Assembly: GCA_942492175.1 (NCBI GenBank)
Contig: CALODR010000009.1
Location: forward strand, 353,850 to 417,849
Source: an uncultured bacterium
GTDB taxonomy: Bacteria; Acidobacteriota; Aminicenantia; UBA2199
Direction of reading: 5' to 3'
Length of the DNA stretch: 64,000 bases
The translations under genes and the position numbers were made by a program. This document shows, piece by piece, positions 54,248 to 63,575 of this stretch (positions within the stretch are counted from its first letter, which is position 1; each line of letters starts with the position of its first letter). Below the pieces are notes generated by a model. The model searched no databases. It was not told the DNA's origin and saw nothing but the letters and a program-made list of their open reading frames with translations.

Positions 54248-55672
54248 ATGATGTCAAATAAGAAATATCCTCTATATTTGGGCGGGAGACCCGTTTTTAC
54301 CCGAAGACAGCTTCCGGTGTTTGATAAGTACACCGGTGATAAGTATGCCGAGGTTTCTCTTGCAGATGAGAAAATGATCGCTGATGCTATCAGTAACGCA
54401 TTTGATGCCAGGAGATCAATGGCAGACTTTCCTTCTTATAAGAGACGTGATGTACTTGAATTTTGTATAAAAAAGTTCTCCGGGATGAAAGATGAATTGG
54501 CTAATGTGCTGTGCATAGAGGCAGGGAAACCGATAAAGGACAGCAGGGGGGAAGTGGGTAGGCTTATTGATACTTTTAGAATTGCAGCAGAAGAATCTGT
54601 CCGGATCGGAGGCGAAATAATCCCTATGGATATTTCTGAAAGAGGTAAAGGGATCAGGGGGATGTGGAAGCGGTTTCCGGTAGGAGTAGTTTCACTTATA
54701 TCGCCGTTTAATTTCCCCCTTAACCTGGTTGCTCATAAAATTGCTCCGGCCATTGCAGCAGGATGCCCTTTTGTCCTTAAACCGGCATCACTCACTCCTG
54801 TCGGTGCATTAATAATTGGTGAAATATTAGCTGAAACCGATATTCCCAAAGGGGCTTTCTCTATTCTGCCGGTTCCCGGGGCTGAAGCCGGAAATTTAGT
54901 GAAAGATGAGAGGATAAATCTATTAAGTTTTACAGGTTCTCCTTCCGTCGGGTGGGATTTGAAGTCTAAAGCTGGGAAGAAAAAGGTTGTTCTGGAGCTT
55001 GGAGGTAATGCTGCGTGTGTGGTGGATCATGATGCGGATCTGGATGATGCTTCTGACAGAATAATTTCAGGAGCTTTTTATCAATCCGGTCAGAGCTGTG
55101 TCAGTGTTCAGAGGATAATGGTTCATGATGATGTTTATGATAAATTCAAAAAAATTCTTGTTGAAAAAACCGTGAAATTAAAGAGTGGAGATCCAAAAGA
55201 GGAGGATGTTTTTATTGGCCCGATGATATCTGAAAAAGAAGCGGAAAGGTTGTCCGGATGGATAAAAACTGCTGTCTCGTCCGGCGGTAGGATATTATGC
55301 GGTGGAAATAGAAATGGATCAGTACATGAGGCAACTTTACTTGAGAATGTACCCAAAAGTGCAGACATATGCAGGAGAGAAGCTTTCGGACCTGTTGCGG
55401 TACTTTCCGGATTTAATGATTTTGATTCACTTCTTGATGAGATCAATGACAGTGTTTACGGACTTCAGGCGGGGCTGTTCATAAAGGATATTTACAAGAT
55501 AAATAAAGCGTGGGACAGGCTGGATGTAGGAGGAGTGATTATCGGGGATGTTCCCTCGTGGAGGATCGATCATATGCCTTATGGCGGAGTGAAAGAGAGC
55601 GGTATTGGCCGGGAGGGGATCAGGTATGCAATGGAGGATATGACCGAAATAAAAATGCTTGTTATCAGATAA
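54248..55672 (+). CDS. NAD(P)-dependent aldehyde dehydrogenase (GapN/succinate-semialdehyde DH-like)
   Basis: Catalytic Glu in 'LELGGNA' and Cys in 'GQSCVSVQR'; 474 aa. Confidence 0.85.
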   Translation: MMSNKKYPLYLGGRPVFTRRQLPVFDKYTGDKYAEVSLADEKMIADAISNAFDARRSMADFPSYKRRDVLEFCIKKFSGMKDELANVLCIEAGKPIKDSRGEVGRLIDTFRIAAEESVRIGGEIIPMDISERGKGIRGMWKRFPVGVVSLISPFNFPLNLVAHKIAPAIAAGCPFVLKPASLTPVGALIIGEILAETDIPKGAFSILPVPGAEAGNLVKDERINLLSFTGSPSVGWDLKSKAGKKKVVLELGGNAACVVDHDADLDDASDRIISGAFYQSGQSCVSVQRIMVHDDVYDKFKKILVEKTVKLKSGDPKEEDVFIGPMISEKEAERLSGWIKTAVSSGGRILCGGNRNGSVHEATLLENVPKSADICRREAFGPVAVLSGFNDFDSLLDEINDSVYGLQAGLFIKDIYKINKAWDRLDVGGVIIGDVPSWRIDHMPYGGVKESGIGREGIRYAMEDMTEIKMLVIR

Positions 55673-55731
55673 GATATACCGGTATTAAATATTCAAAATA
55701 TGAAACATGAGGGGATGAAACAGAAGCCCTG

Positions 55732-55941
55732 CTATCTTTTATCTTTTACCAGAAAAGCTACTTTCAGGTTCGTACGGTACTCTACGATCTTACCTTTGGA
55801 AACTTTCGCTGTCTGCGCCAGAACTTCCACACCGGTAATACCGCTAATGGTTTTTGATGCTTCTTCCACTGCATTCTGTGCAGCATCTTCCCAGTTCTTT
55901 TTTGAATTACCTATGAGTTCAACTATTTTAATTGTTTCCAT
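55732..55941 (-). CDS. dodecin-family flavin-binding protein
   Basis: 69 aa; 'KIVELIGNSKKNWEDAAQNAVEEASKTISGITGVEV...' typical dodecin fold sequence. Confidence 0.65.
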   Translation of the reverse strand: METIKIVELIGNSKKNWEDAAQNAVEEASKTISGITGVEVLAQTAKVSKGKIVEYRTNLKVAFLVKDKR

Positions 55942-56045
55942 ATAATTCTCCTTTTATACATATAATTTTGTAAAAAAATAATTTTTTAATTAAGAGGATT
56001 AAATAAAACTTTTTAGTACAGATATAGACAATTTCTCATAAAGCT

Positions 56046-56072
56046 CTTATTCCCCCGCAAGGGGGGAATAAG
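56046..56072. terminator. perfect 11-bp hairpin (CTTATTCCCCC-GCAAG-GGGGGAATAAG) between hup and the dodecin gene
   Basis: Perfect inverted repeat immediately downstream of the hup stop; weak U-tract, so it may be a terminator or regulatory hairpin. Confidence 0.4.
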
Positions 56073-56103
56073 ATGTATTTATGCTTTATGTTTTTCCTGT
56101 CTC

Positions 56104-56397
56104 TTATTTGGCTACTCTGTCTTTGAGAGTTTTTCCTGCTTTGAACGTGGGATAGTTCTTTGCAGCTATCTGGATCTTTTGGCCGGTTTTCGGATTGATT
56201 CCGGTACGTGCTTTTCTGGCGACAGTTTTGAACACTCCAAATCCAGGAATTGTTACTTTTCTGCCGGCATCAAGCTCGACAGCAACGATACCTTCGCCCG
56301 GTTTTGCATCAAAAATTGCATTTACTGCAGCTTCGGAATCCTTCATTGTCAAACCTGTTTTTTTCGCCAGTTTTTGAATTAGCTCTGTTTTGTTCAT
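56104..56397 (-). CDS. hup: DNA-binding protein HU
   Basis: 'MNKTELIQKLAKKTGLT...GFGVFKTVARKARTGINPKTGQKIQIAAKNYPTFKAGKTLKD' HU/IHF signature. Confidence 0.9.
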   Translation of the reverse strand: MNKTELIQKLAKKTGLTMKDSEAAVNAIFDAKPGEGIVAVELDAGRKVTIPGFGVFKTVARKARTGINPKTGQKIQIAAKNYPTFKAGKTLKDRVAK

Positions 56398-56598
56398 AGT
56401 TCTTCCTCCTAATTTATTCTCAAGCCTCCATCAAGGCTGAATCTCCCACAACTTAATGATATCAAAATTTTTTCATTAATATTAAAACAAAAAAAAAAAA
56501 AAATATCTATAAAAAAAAACAAAAACTTTATTTTTCAATATTAACACAAATTATCCAGAAGTCAATACCACACTTGCAAATCTCAGTTTTGTCAGTTA

Positions 56599-57717
56599 CT
56601 AATTCCCATAACCGTGGTAACCGGCCCGGTTAAGATCATTAATAGTTTTAAGGATGAAAGGGGGCTTTAATCTGGATGCAAGAAAATTGTAGATCTTTAA
56701 CCTTATTTTTTTTGCCATCATCAGGTCGAGGCGGTCAAAACTGTGTCCTCCGGGAGCATCTTTAAATATTTCGTATTCAAATTTTTTCCCTGCCGCTTTT
56801 AAAGATTTGATAAGGTGTTCAACTTCAAGAACATTAACATCGTCATCTGAAGTATTTGTATGGATGAGAAGCGGGGTTTTGAGTTTTTCAGCATTCCAGG
56901 CGGGAGATCTTCTTTTGTATTCGTTTACGTTCTCGTTTGCAGTTTTACCGATGTGATAAGGGGCGGAATAAAGTTTCCTGTAGCTGTCAGTCATATAACC
57001 CATCCTTGCTATCAGATCACTGACAGGGACACCGGCATATGCTACTTTATATTTTTCCGGATAATTGAAAATATTCATAAGAGTGATCAAACCTCCATGG
57101 CTCCATCCAAGAATACCGACCCTCTCTTTATCTATAAACGTATAGTTTTCAAGCATATACTTTCTGCTCTCATTTGCATCATCAATTTCTCTTCCACCGT
57201 AATCTATCAGCTCATATGTTGATCTTCCATAACCGGTGCTTCCTCTGTATTCAGGGGCGATAATTATATATTTCTGGGCAATCAGTTCCCGTACAATGTG
57301 GGTGTAATAAGTGCTGAAATTACTATGTACGCCTCCGTGGGGGAACACCAGGAGAGGGTACTTATTTTTTATGTTTATATCTCTTGGGATAAATATATAT
57401 GAGTAGAATTTAACCGGGTTTGAAGCACCCATTGCTGTCGGGTTTTTTATATTTGCAGGGGGAGGTCCGGTATGTCTTACTTTGTCAATATAGGCAATAT
57501 CGCTTACTTTGTTATACCAGAGAATGTCATCAGAGATCTTTTCAAGTGTATCGAGCCTGTGACGTAAATTATCGATTGATGACATAAGTTTATCAAGCTT
57601 TTTTTCTATCTTTTCTCCGCTATAGTTGTCTGAAAAAGCAGGATTACTGATACAGAGGATTAAGAAAAAAAATGCGGTAAAAAAAATAATAGGTTGTTTC
57701 ATTGGGATTACCTCCAA
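56599..57717 (-). CDS. secreted alpha/beta-hydrolase (S9 prolyl-oligopeptidase / dienelactone-hydrolase-like)
   Basis: Signal peptide; nucleophile elbow 'GWSHGG'; C-terminal Asp/His region. Confidence 0.65.
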   Translation of the reverse strand: MEVIPMKQPIIFFTAFFFLILCISNPAFSDNYSGEKIEKKLDKLMSSIDNLRHRLDTLEKISDDILWYNKVSDIAYIDKVRHTGPPPANIKNPTAMGASNPVKFYSYIFIPRDINIKNKYPLLVFPHGGVHSNFSTYYTHIVRELIAQKYIIIAPEYRGSTGYGRSTYELIDYGGREIDDANESRKYMLENYTFIDKERVGILGWSHGGLITLMNIFNYPEKYKVAYAGVPVSDLIARMGYMTDSYRKLYSAPYHIGKTANENVNEYKRRSPAWNAEKLKTPLLIHTNTSDDDVNVLEVEHLIKSLKAAGKKFEYEIFKDAPGGHSFDRLDLMMAKKIRLKIYNFLASRLKPPFILKTINDLNRAGYHGYGN

Positions 57718-57830
57718 AGAGATTTTAAATTAACCCGATATGATTTTCAATGTAATATATTATTTATTATAAGTTCATAAATTAAAATGTTAGGGTAGAC
57801 TAAAATTTTCGAGTATGGTAAAATGTAACC

Positions 57831-59921
57831 ATGAAAAAGAGAAACTTTTTAACTATATCTATTTTAATAATAATAACCTCTCCATTGGCAGCTTATGTGG
57901 GTCCTGGAGCAGGCTTCGCATTTGCAGGGTCATTTCTGTTCATTTTCCTCGCTTTCTTTCTTGCGATCTTTAATTTTCTCACTTTCCCTATTCGTGCATT
58001 TATCCAGTTCCTGAAGAGGATTAAAACACTCAAGAACGCAAAGTTTAAAAGAACTATCATTATAGGATTTGACGGGATGGACTATAACCGCTTGAATAAG
58101 TTCATGAAAGAGGGTGAAAAATACCCCAGTTTTGAAAAACTGATGAAAGACGGAACATTCTCCCCGCTCCAGAGTACTGAGCCTCCGATCTCACCTGTAG
58201 CATGGTCTTCATTTTCGACAGGAGTTAACCCCGGTAAGCATAATATCTTCGACTTCCTGGCAACTGACAGAAATACCTACATGCCTAAGATGTCAGGTTC
58301 TGATATTATCCCACCGAAAAAAACCCTGAAAATAGGAAAATATGTAATACCTCTTTCAAAAGCTAAAGTGGAGTTAATGAGGAAAAGTAAAAGTTTTTGG
58401 AAAATAGTTGGCAGTAAAGGGATATTTTCTTCAGTCTTAAGAATTCCTTATTCGTTTCCACCCGAGAAATTTTATGGCTTAATGCTTTCCGGATTGGGAA
58501 CACCTGATCTTAGAGGAACACAGGGCAGCTTCAGTTTTTATTCCAGTGAAAAGAAAACCGATACAGGGATAGTAGAGGGTGTGATTCAGGAAGTGCATGA
58601 GGTATCAGCAGGAGTATTTAACGCAACATTGAAAGGGCCGGGAAATCCTTTTATAAAAAGCAGCCCTCCGCTTGTAGAGAAACTCTCTATAGAAATAAAT
58701 AAAGAAAAGAATGGTGCAAAGATAAAGGTAGGCCGTGATGAGTTCTGGGTGGAAAAGGGAAAGATCACTGAATGGAAAAAAGTGAATTTTAAAGCAGGGC
58801 TGATAAAAATTGCAGGTATAGCCCAATTTTTCCTTGAAGATATTGATCCGCTTAAGCTTTATGTGTCACCTATCAATATAGATCCGGGTTCACCTTCAAT
58901 GTCTGTATCACATCCCAAAATATTCTCAGTATATCTTTCAAAACTGATTGGCGGGTATGCAACACTTGGAATGGCTGAAGATACCTGGGCTCTGAATGAG
59001 AGAGTTCTTTCTGAAGATGGTTTTATTCAGCAGGTTTATTCGTACCAGGCAGAGAGAGAAAAAATGTTCTGGGATACATTTAAGAAATTTAAAAAAGGTC
59101 TTCTTGTTCAGGTATATGAAGAGACTGACAGGATACAGCATATGTTCTGGAGATATCTGAATGATTCAGGATCCCCAGCAGAAACACCTTCAAAAGAGGA
59201 CCATATTGTAAACGCAATTAAACTGAGCTATAAGAGGATGGATGATTTTCTGGGCAGGCTTATGCCGAAACTGGGGAAGAATGATCTTCTGATGATAGTA
59301 TCAGATCATGGATTTAATAAAGTTAACAGGGATTTCCACCTTAACTCATGGCTTCATAAAGAGGGATTCCTTGTTCTCAAAGATGGTAAAAAGAGCAGTG
59401 ATAAATTTTATCAGGATGTTGACTGGTCGAAGTCAAGAGCATACGGTCAGGGACTTCATGGTATTTTTATCAATATGAAGGGGAGAGAAAGACTGGGTAT
59501 TGTTTCTCCCGGAAAAGAAGCAGAAGACCTCAAAGAAGAGATCAAACAGAAATTAAAAGATCTGAAAGACATAGAAAAAGATGATGTTGTTGCAAAAGGA
59601 GTTTATAAAAGGGAAGAGTTATACAAAGGCCCCTATACAAAGAATGCTCCGGATATAGTCATCGGATATAATCTCGGATACAGAGTATCACCTGAGTCGG
59701 CAGTTAATTATGTAGGGGATACCATTGTTTCCGACAATACAAGGATGTGGAGCGGTGACCATTCGTTTACAAGGGCATTTGTCCCGGGTATTTTCTTTTG
59801 TAATAAAAAGATTAAGAAACAACATCCTTCAATTATGGATATCTCTCCTACGATTCTTTCTGCTTTCGGTATAAAAAAACCGTCATTTATAGATGGCAGT
59901 GACCTGGAGGTAGTAGTATGA
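57831..59921 (+). CDS. nucleotide pyrophosphatase/phosphodiesterase-family (alkaline phosphatase superfamily) protein, membrane-anchored paralog 1
   Basis: N-terminal 2 TM; 'IIGFDGMDYNRL', 'PPISPVAWSSFSTGVNPGKHNIFDF', 'IVSDHGF' metal-site motifs. Confidence 0.7.
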   Translation: MKKRNFLTISILIIITSPLAAYVGPGAGFAFAGSFLFIFLAFFLAIFNFLTFPIRAFIQFLKRIKTLKNAKFKRTIIIGFDGMDYNRLNKFMKEGEKYPSFEKLMKDGTFSPLQSTEPPISPVAWSSFSTGVNPGKHNIFDFLATDRNTYMPKMSGSDIIPPKKTLKIGKYVIPLSKAKVELMRKSKSFWKIVGSKGIFSSVLRIPYSFPPEKFYGLMLSGLGTPDLRGTQGSFSFYSSEKKTDTGIVEGVIQEVHEVSAGVFNATLKGPGNPFIKSSPPLVEKLSIEINKEKNGAKIKVGRDEFWVEKGKITEWKKVNFKAGLIKIAGIAQFFLEDIDPLKLYVSPINIDPGSPSMSVSHPKIFSVYLSKLIGGYATLGMAEDTWALNERVLSEDGFIQQVYSYQAEREKMFWDTFKKFKKGLLVQVYEETDRIQHMFWRYLNDSGSPAETPSKEDHIVNAIKLSYKRMDDFLGRLMPKLGKNDLLMIVSDHGFNKVNRDFHLNSWLHKEGFLVLKDGKKSSDKFYQDVDWSKSRAYGQGLHGIFINMKGRERLGIVSPGKEAEDLKEEIKQKLKDLKDIEKDDVVAKGVYKREELYKGPYTKNAPDIVIGYNLGYRVSPESAVNYVGDTIVSDNTRMWSGDHSFTRAFVPGIFFCNKKIKKQHPSIMDISPTILSAFGIKKPSFIDGSDLEVVV

Positions 59922-61897
59922 AAAGAAGAGATTTTATAAAAACAACCGGAACAATAGCTGCGGCATCACCGTTCATGAATTTTGGTGCCGGTATAAATAA
60001 TAATAAGAGAATGATCGTTCTTGGGTTTGACGGAATGGATCCTTTAATCGCGTATGACCTGATACAGAGAGGAGAACTTCCCAACCTGAAAAGACTTGCA
60101 CAGAGCGGTGTTTTCTCGATGATGAGGACGACAATTCCTCCTCAGAGCCCTGTGGCATGGGGAAGTTTTATTACCGGTTCAGACCCCGGCAAGTATGGAC
60201 TTTTTGATTTTGTTCATCGTGATCCTGAAACATATTTTCCGATGACATCGGGTGCTGAAACGATCCCTGCTAGCCTGAATATCAAATTGGGCAAATATAA
60301 AATACCTTTGAAACCCGGAAAAATAGTTCTACAGCGTGAAGGGAAGGCTTTCTGGGATTACCTTGAAGAGAAAGATGTGGAAGCCACAATCTTTAAGATA
60401 CCCTCAAATTATCCCCCTTCAAAATCAAAACAGAGAACGGTTGCCGGAATGGGGACTCCGGATATTCACGGGACTTACGGAATATATTCATTATACACTT
60501 CGGATGAAAAAGAAGCGATGAAGGATATTGAGCCGAATAATCTCTATTATGCTTATTTTAATGAAGAAAATGTCCTTGAGGATGGAGAGATCCAGGGGCC
60601 TGTGAATGATCTGGTTGAAAATGGTGAGAAGACCAAAGTTAATTTTAAAGTATATCTTGATAAGGAAAATAAGACAGCGCGTATAGACATTGACGGGAAA
60701 GAGATATTAATTGCTGAAAAAGAATATTCGGACTGGGTTGAAATAGAGTTTCCTCTTATTAAGGGGATCAGCAGTATTACAGGAATGGTCAAATTCTTCC
60801 TGATGGATGTTGAAAAAAGTTTCCGTTTATATATTTCACCTGTTCATATAAGCCCGAAGAACCCCGCTGTGGAGATCAGTACGCCACCCGAATATGCAAA
60901 AGAACTTGCGGAAAAGGGAGGATTGTTCCATACAATAGGTCTTCCTGCCGATACAAAAGCATTGAGTCAGCAGACCTTCGGAGTTGAAGAGTTCCTGACA
61001 CAGTCAATGTCAGTATTCGAGGAAAGTAAAAAATTATTCGGAATAGAATATCAGAGATTCCTTAATAAAAATAGGGGATTCCTGTTCTTTTATTTCGGGT
61101 CACTTGATCAGGGACAGCATATGTTATGGGCTCTAACTGATAAAGATCACCCTTATTACCATCCAAAGGAATCAAAAAGGTTCGGATATATGAAGGATGA
61201 ACTTTACCGGGTACATGACCGTATTCTCGGTCATGTTTTGGATACAATGCCCAGGGATACCGGACTAATAGTACTTTCCGACCATGGATTCGGAACTTTC
61301 AGAAGAAAAGTGAACCTTAACACTTTCCTTTTTAATGAAGGATATCTGAAACTGGGGGTAAAAGAGATTGATACTGAAATATCTCTGATAGATGATTACA
61401 GTGAATATGATTGGGGTAACACTAAGGCATATGCTGTGGGTCTGAACGGATTGTACCTGAATATGAAAGGTAGAGAGGCTCAGGGTATTGTTACCAAAGG
61501 AGAGAGGCGGAAACTTCTTGAGGAGATACAGAGAAAACTCCTGACTATCAGAGACCCTGAAAATGGGAATCAAGTAATCACCGAGGCGTTTATTACTGAA
61601 GATCATTTCTCGCCTGACTTCCTTGAAAGATCACCTGACATTATTCTAGGATTCAACAGAGGTTACAGATCAAGTGATTCAAATGCGCTGGGCGGAGCAA
61701 CACGGGAGATAGTTGCAGATAATATGAATTGGTGGGCCGGAGATCATTGTATTAATCCGAGACACGTACCTGCAAGTTTCTTTTCAAATTTCCCAATCAA
61801 CAAGAAGATCCCGTCTATCAAAGATATGGCACCAACAATATTAAATTATTTCGGAATAAAAGAAACTCCAACTATGAACGGAGATTCCTTAATTTAG
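59918..61897 (+). CDS. nucleotide pyrophosphatase/phosphodiesterase-family protein, paralog 2 with TAT signal
   Basis: 'MKRRDFIKTTGTIAAASPF' twin-arginine motif; 'VLGFDGMDPLI', 'PPQSPVAWGSFITGSDPGKYGLFDF', 'VLSDHGF'. Overlaps paralog 1 by 4 nt. Confidence 0.7.
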   Translation: MKRRDFIKTTGTIAAASPFMNFGAGINNNKRMIVLGFDGMDPLIAYDLIQRGELPNLKRLAQSGVFSMMRTTIPPQSPVAWGSFITGSDPGKYGLFDFVHRDPETYFPMTSGAETIPASLNIKLGKYKIPLKPGKIVLQREGKAFWDYLEEKDVEATIFKIPSNYPPSKSKQRTVAGMGTPDIHGTYGIYSLYTSDEKEAMKDIEPNNLYYAYFNEENVLEDGEIQGPVNDLVENGEKTKVNFKVYLDKENKTARIDIDGKEILIAEKEYSDWVEIEFPLIKGISSITGMVKFFLMDVEKSFRLYISPVHISPKNPAVEISTPPEYAKELAEKGGLFHTIGLPADTKALSQQTFGVEEFLTQSMSVFEESKKLFGIEYQRFLNKNRGFLFFYFGSLDQGQHMLWALTDKDHPYYHPKESKRFGYMKDELYRVHDRILGHVLDTMPRDTGLIVLSDHGFGTFRRKVNLNTFLFNEGYLKLGVKEIDTEISLIDDYSEYDWGNTKAYAVGLNGLYLNMKGREAQGIVTKGERRKLLEEIQRKLLTIRDPENGNQVITEAFITEDHFSPDFLERSPDIILGFNRGYRSSDSNALGGATREIVADNMNWWAGDHCINPRHVPASFFSNFPINKKIPSIKDMAPTILNYFGIKETPTMNGDSLI

Positions 61898-61906
61898 GAG
61901 AACAAA

Positions 61907-62095
61907 ATGGCTAAAAAAGTAAAATTAACAAATGAGAACAGTCAAAAAGCTGATGAAATTATTGCGTTTCATGGGTATTCATCTATTGAAGAGCTGATCG
62001 GGAACCTGATCGACAGCGAATATGAAAAAATAAAATCAGATGATGATAAAGATGAGCAGGCCGATAAGCTGAGCGGACTGGGATATATCTCTTAA
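61907..62095 (+). CDS. small acidic hypothetical protein
   Basis: 62 aa; RBS GGAG upstream; no domain recognised. Confidence 0.3.
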   Translation: MAKKVKLTNENSQKADEIIAFHGYSSIEELIGNLIDSEYEKIKSDDDKDEQADKLSGLGYIS

Positions 62096-62098
62096 TCG

Positions 62099-62947
62099 AT
62101 GATCCATAAAATAAATTTTTTTCTGACAAAGGCTTTTAATGTTCTTCTCGCTCCATTTAATGGAGTTAATGACTTCTGGCCGGTTCTTATTTTAAGTGTG
62201 ATCCTATCCTTCATAATCTTGTATATACTGAAGTATATCTCTTTTCCAAAGAAGATAGTTGAGTCAAAGGAAAAGATAAAGGCAAATATATTTGCGATCA
62301 GAATATATAAGGATTTCTGGAAAGTGATAGTCTCTTCATTTTTTAAAAGTCTGTTTCATACTTTCAGGTATTTTATTTTCAACTTTGCACCATTCCTGAT
62401 AATTATACCTCTTCTTCTGCCTGTATTTTCACAAATGGAGGTCAGGTATGGGATGCGCCCGTTTTATCCTGGTGAAACATTTGTGCTCAAGGCAGATCTT
62501 GAAAAAGAGTATTTGAAAAGTGAAGTATCTCTGGAGAAAAATGAATTGGTGAAACCGAAGATGAGGCCTGTTTTTATCAATGCCTGGCTGGATGAAGAGA
62601 AAACAAAGTCCATCAGTGTTGTTAACTGGAAACTCGAAGCAGTTAAAGAAGGTAATTCGATGCTGGGGATCAGGATTGGAGACAGGGTTTTTTATAAAAA
62701 CATTTTAGTAGGGAAGTACAAAGATCCATTGTCTAATAGAAAGTACAGGGACTCAAATTTCAACCATTTCTTTTATCCTGCAGAAAAACTTATCGAAAGT
62801 AATGATATATTGAAATCAATTAAGATAAATTATCCAAGTAAACTTGTAGATTTTCTCGGTATTAAAATGCATTGGATATTGTGGAATCTAATAATTGTTG
62901 TAATAGTAATATTAGCTTTTAGAAAAAGATTCGGGGTTGAGTTCTAA
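62099..62947 (+). CDS. hypothetical integral membrane protein
   Basis: Several TM helices; no family recognised. Confidence 0.4.
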   Translation: MIHKINFFLTKAFNVLLAPFNGVNDFWPVLILSVILSFIILYILKYISFPKKIVESKEKIKANIFAIRIYKDFWKVIVSSFFKSLFHTFRYFIFNFAPFLIIIPLLLPVFSQMEVRYGMRPFYPGETFVLKADLEKEYLKSEVSLEKNELVKPKMRPVFINAWLDEEKTKSISVVNWKLEAVKEGNSMLGIRIGDRVFYKNILVGKYKDPLSNRKYRDSNFNHFFYPAEKLIESNDILKSIKINYPSKLVDFLGIKMHWILWNLIIVVIVILAFRKRFGVEF

Positions 62948-63525
62948 ACTGTTTCCACTATTTCTGTAATAGTTTCAAGGACCCTTGTGTTTAAAGATAC
63001 AAAGGATTTTTTGTCATATTTCAGTTTAAGAAATCCATCATCCCGTTTCATAAATTCTACTATTGAAACATTTTTCAATTGTACAAAATCATTATCTTCA
63101 AAATGTTTCAGAAATCCTGTGAAAACTCCTGTTATCTGATAATAGGAATTACCGACCGTTTTTGTTGTAAATTCAAAAGTATGGGTTTTTTTCTGAATAA
63201 TATCATTTGTTGGCAATGCAGTATCTTCAAATGAAGTGTTTTTCGGTTGATCTTCATCATAAGCGAAGAAAATATCTTCTTTTCTGAAAAGAAATTCCTT
63301 ATATTTTCTTGATTCCTGGTATTCTTTGTTATTATGCTCTGATATCGTAGCATCTGTTAATTTCATAAATCCTGTAAGGTTGAGATCAGACTCGGTGGAA
63401 GATCTGCTGCTAATCTTTCTGTTGAGTATGGAATGTGTCCGGGCATCTACCATCTTGCTTTCAACTTTAATATTTCCAACGATTATTTTACCCGGTATCC
63501 CTATAACGATCTTCCATTCTTTCAT
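62944..63525 (-). CDS. hypothetical protein
   Basis: No motif recognised. It lies immediately downstream of a pilin-like gene on the same strand. Confidence 0.35.
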   Translation of the reverse strand: MKEWKIVIGIPGKIIVGNIKVESKMVDARTHSILNRKISSRSSTESDLNLTGFMKLTDATISEHNNKEYQESRKYKEFLFRKEDIFFAYDEDQPKNTSFEDTALPTNDIIQKKTHTFEFTTKTVGNSYYQITGVFTGFLKHFEDNDFVQLKNVSIVEFMKRDDGFLKLKYDKKSFVSLNTRVLETITEIVETV

Positions 63526-63575
63526 AAGAACTCTCCTTAGGTTTATTATGTTTAATCAATTTTTTTTTGTCAATA

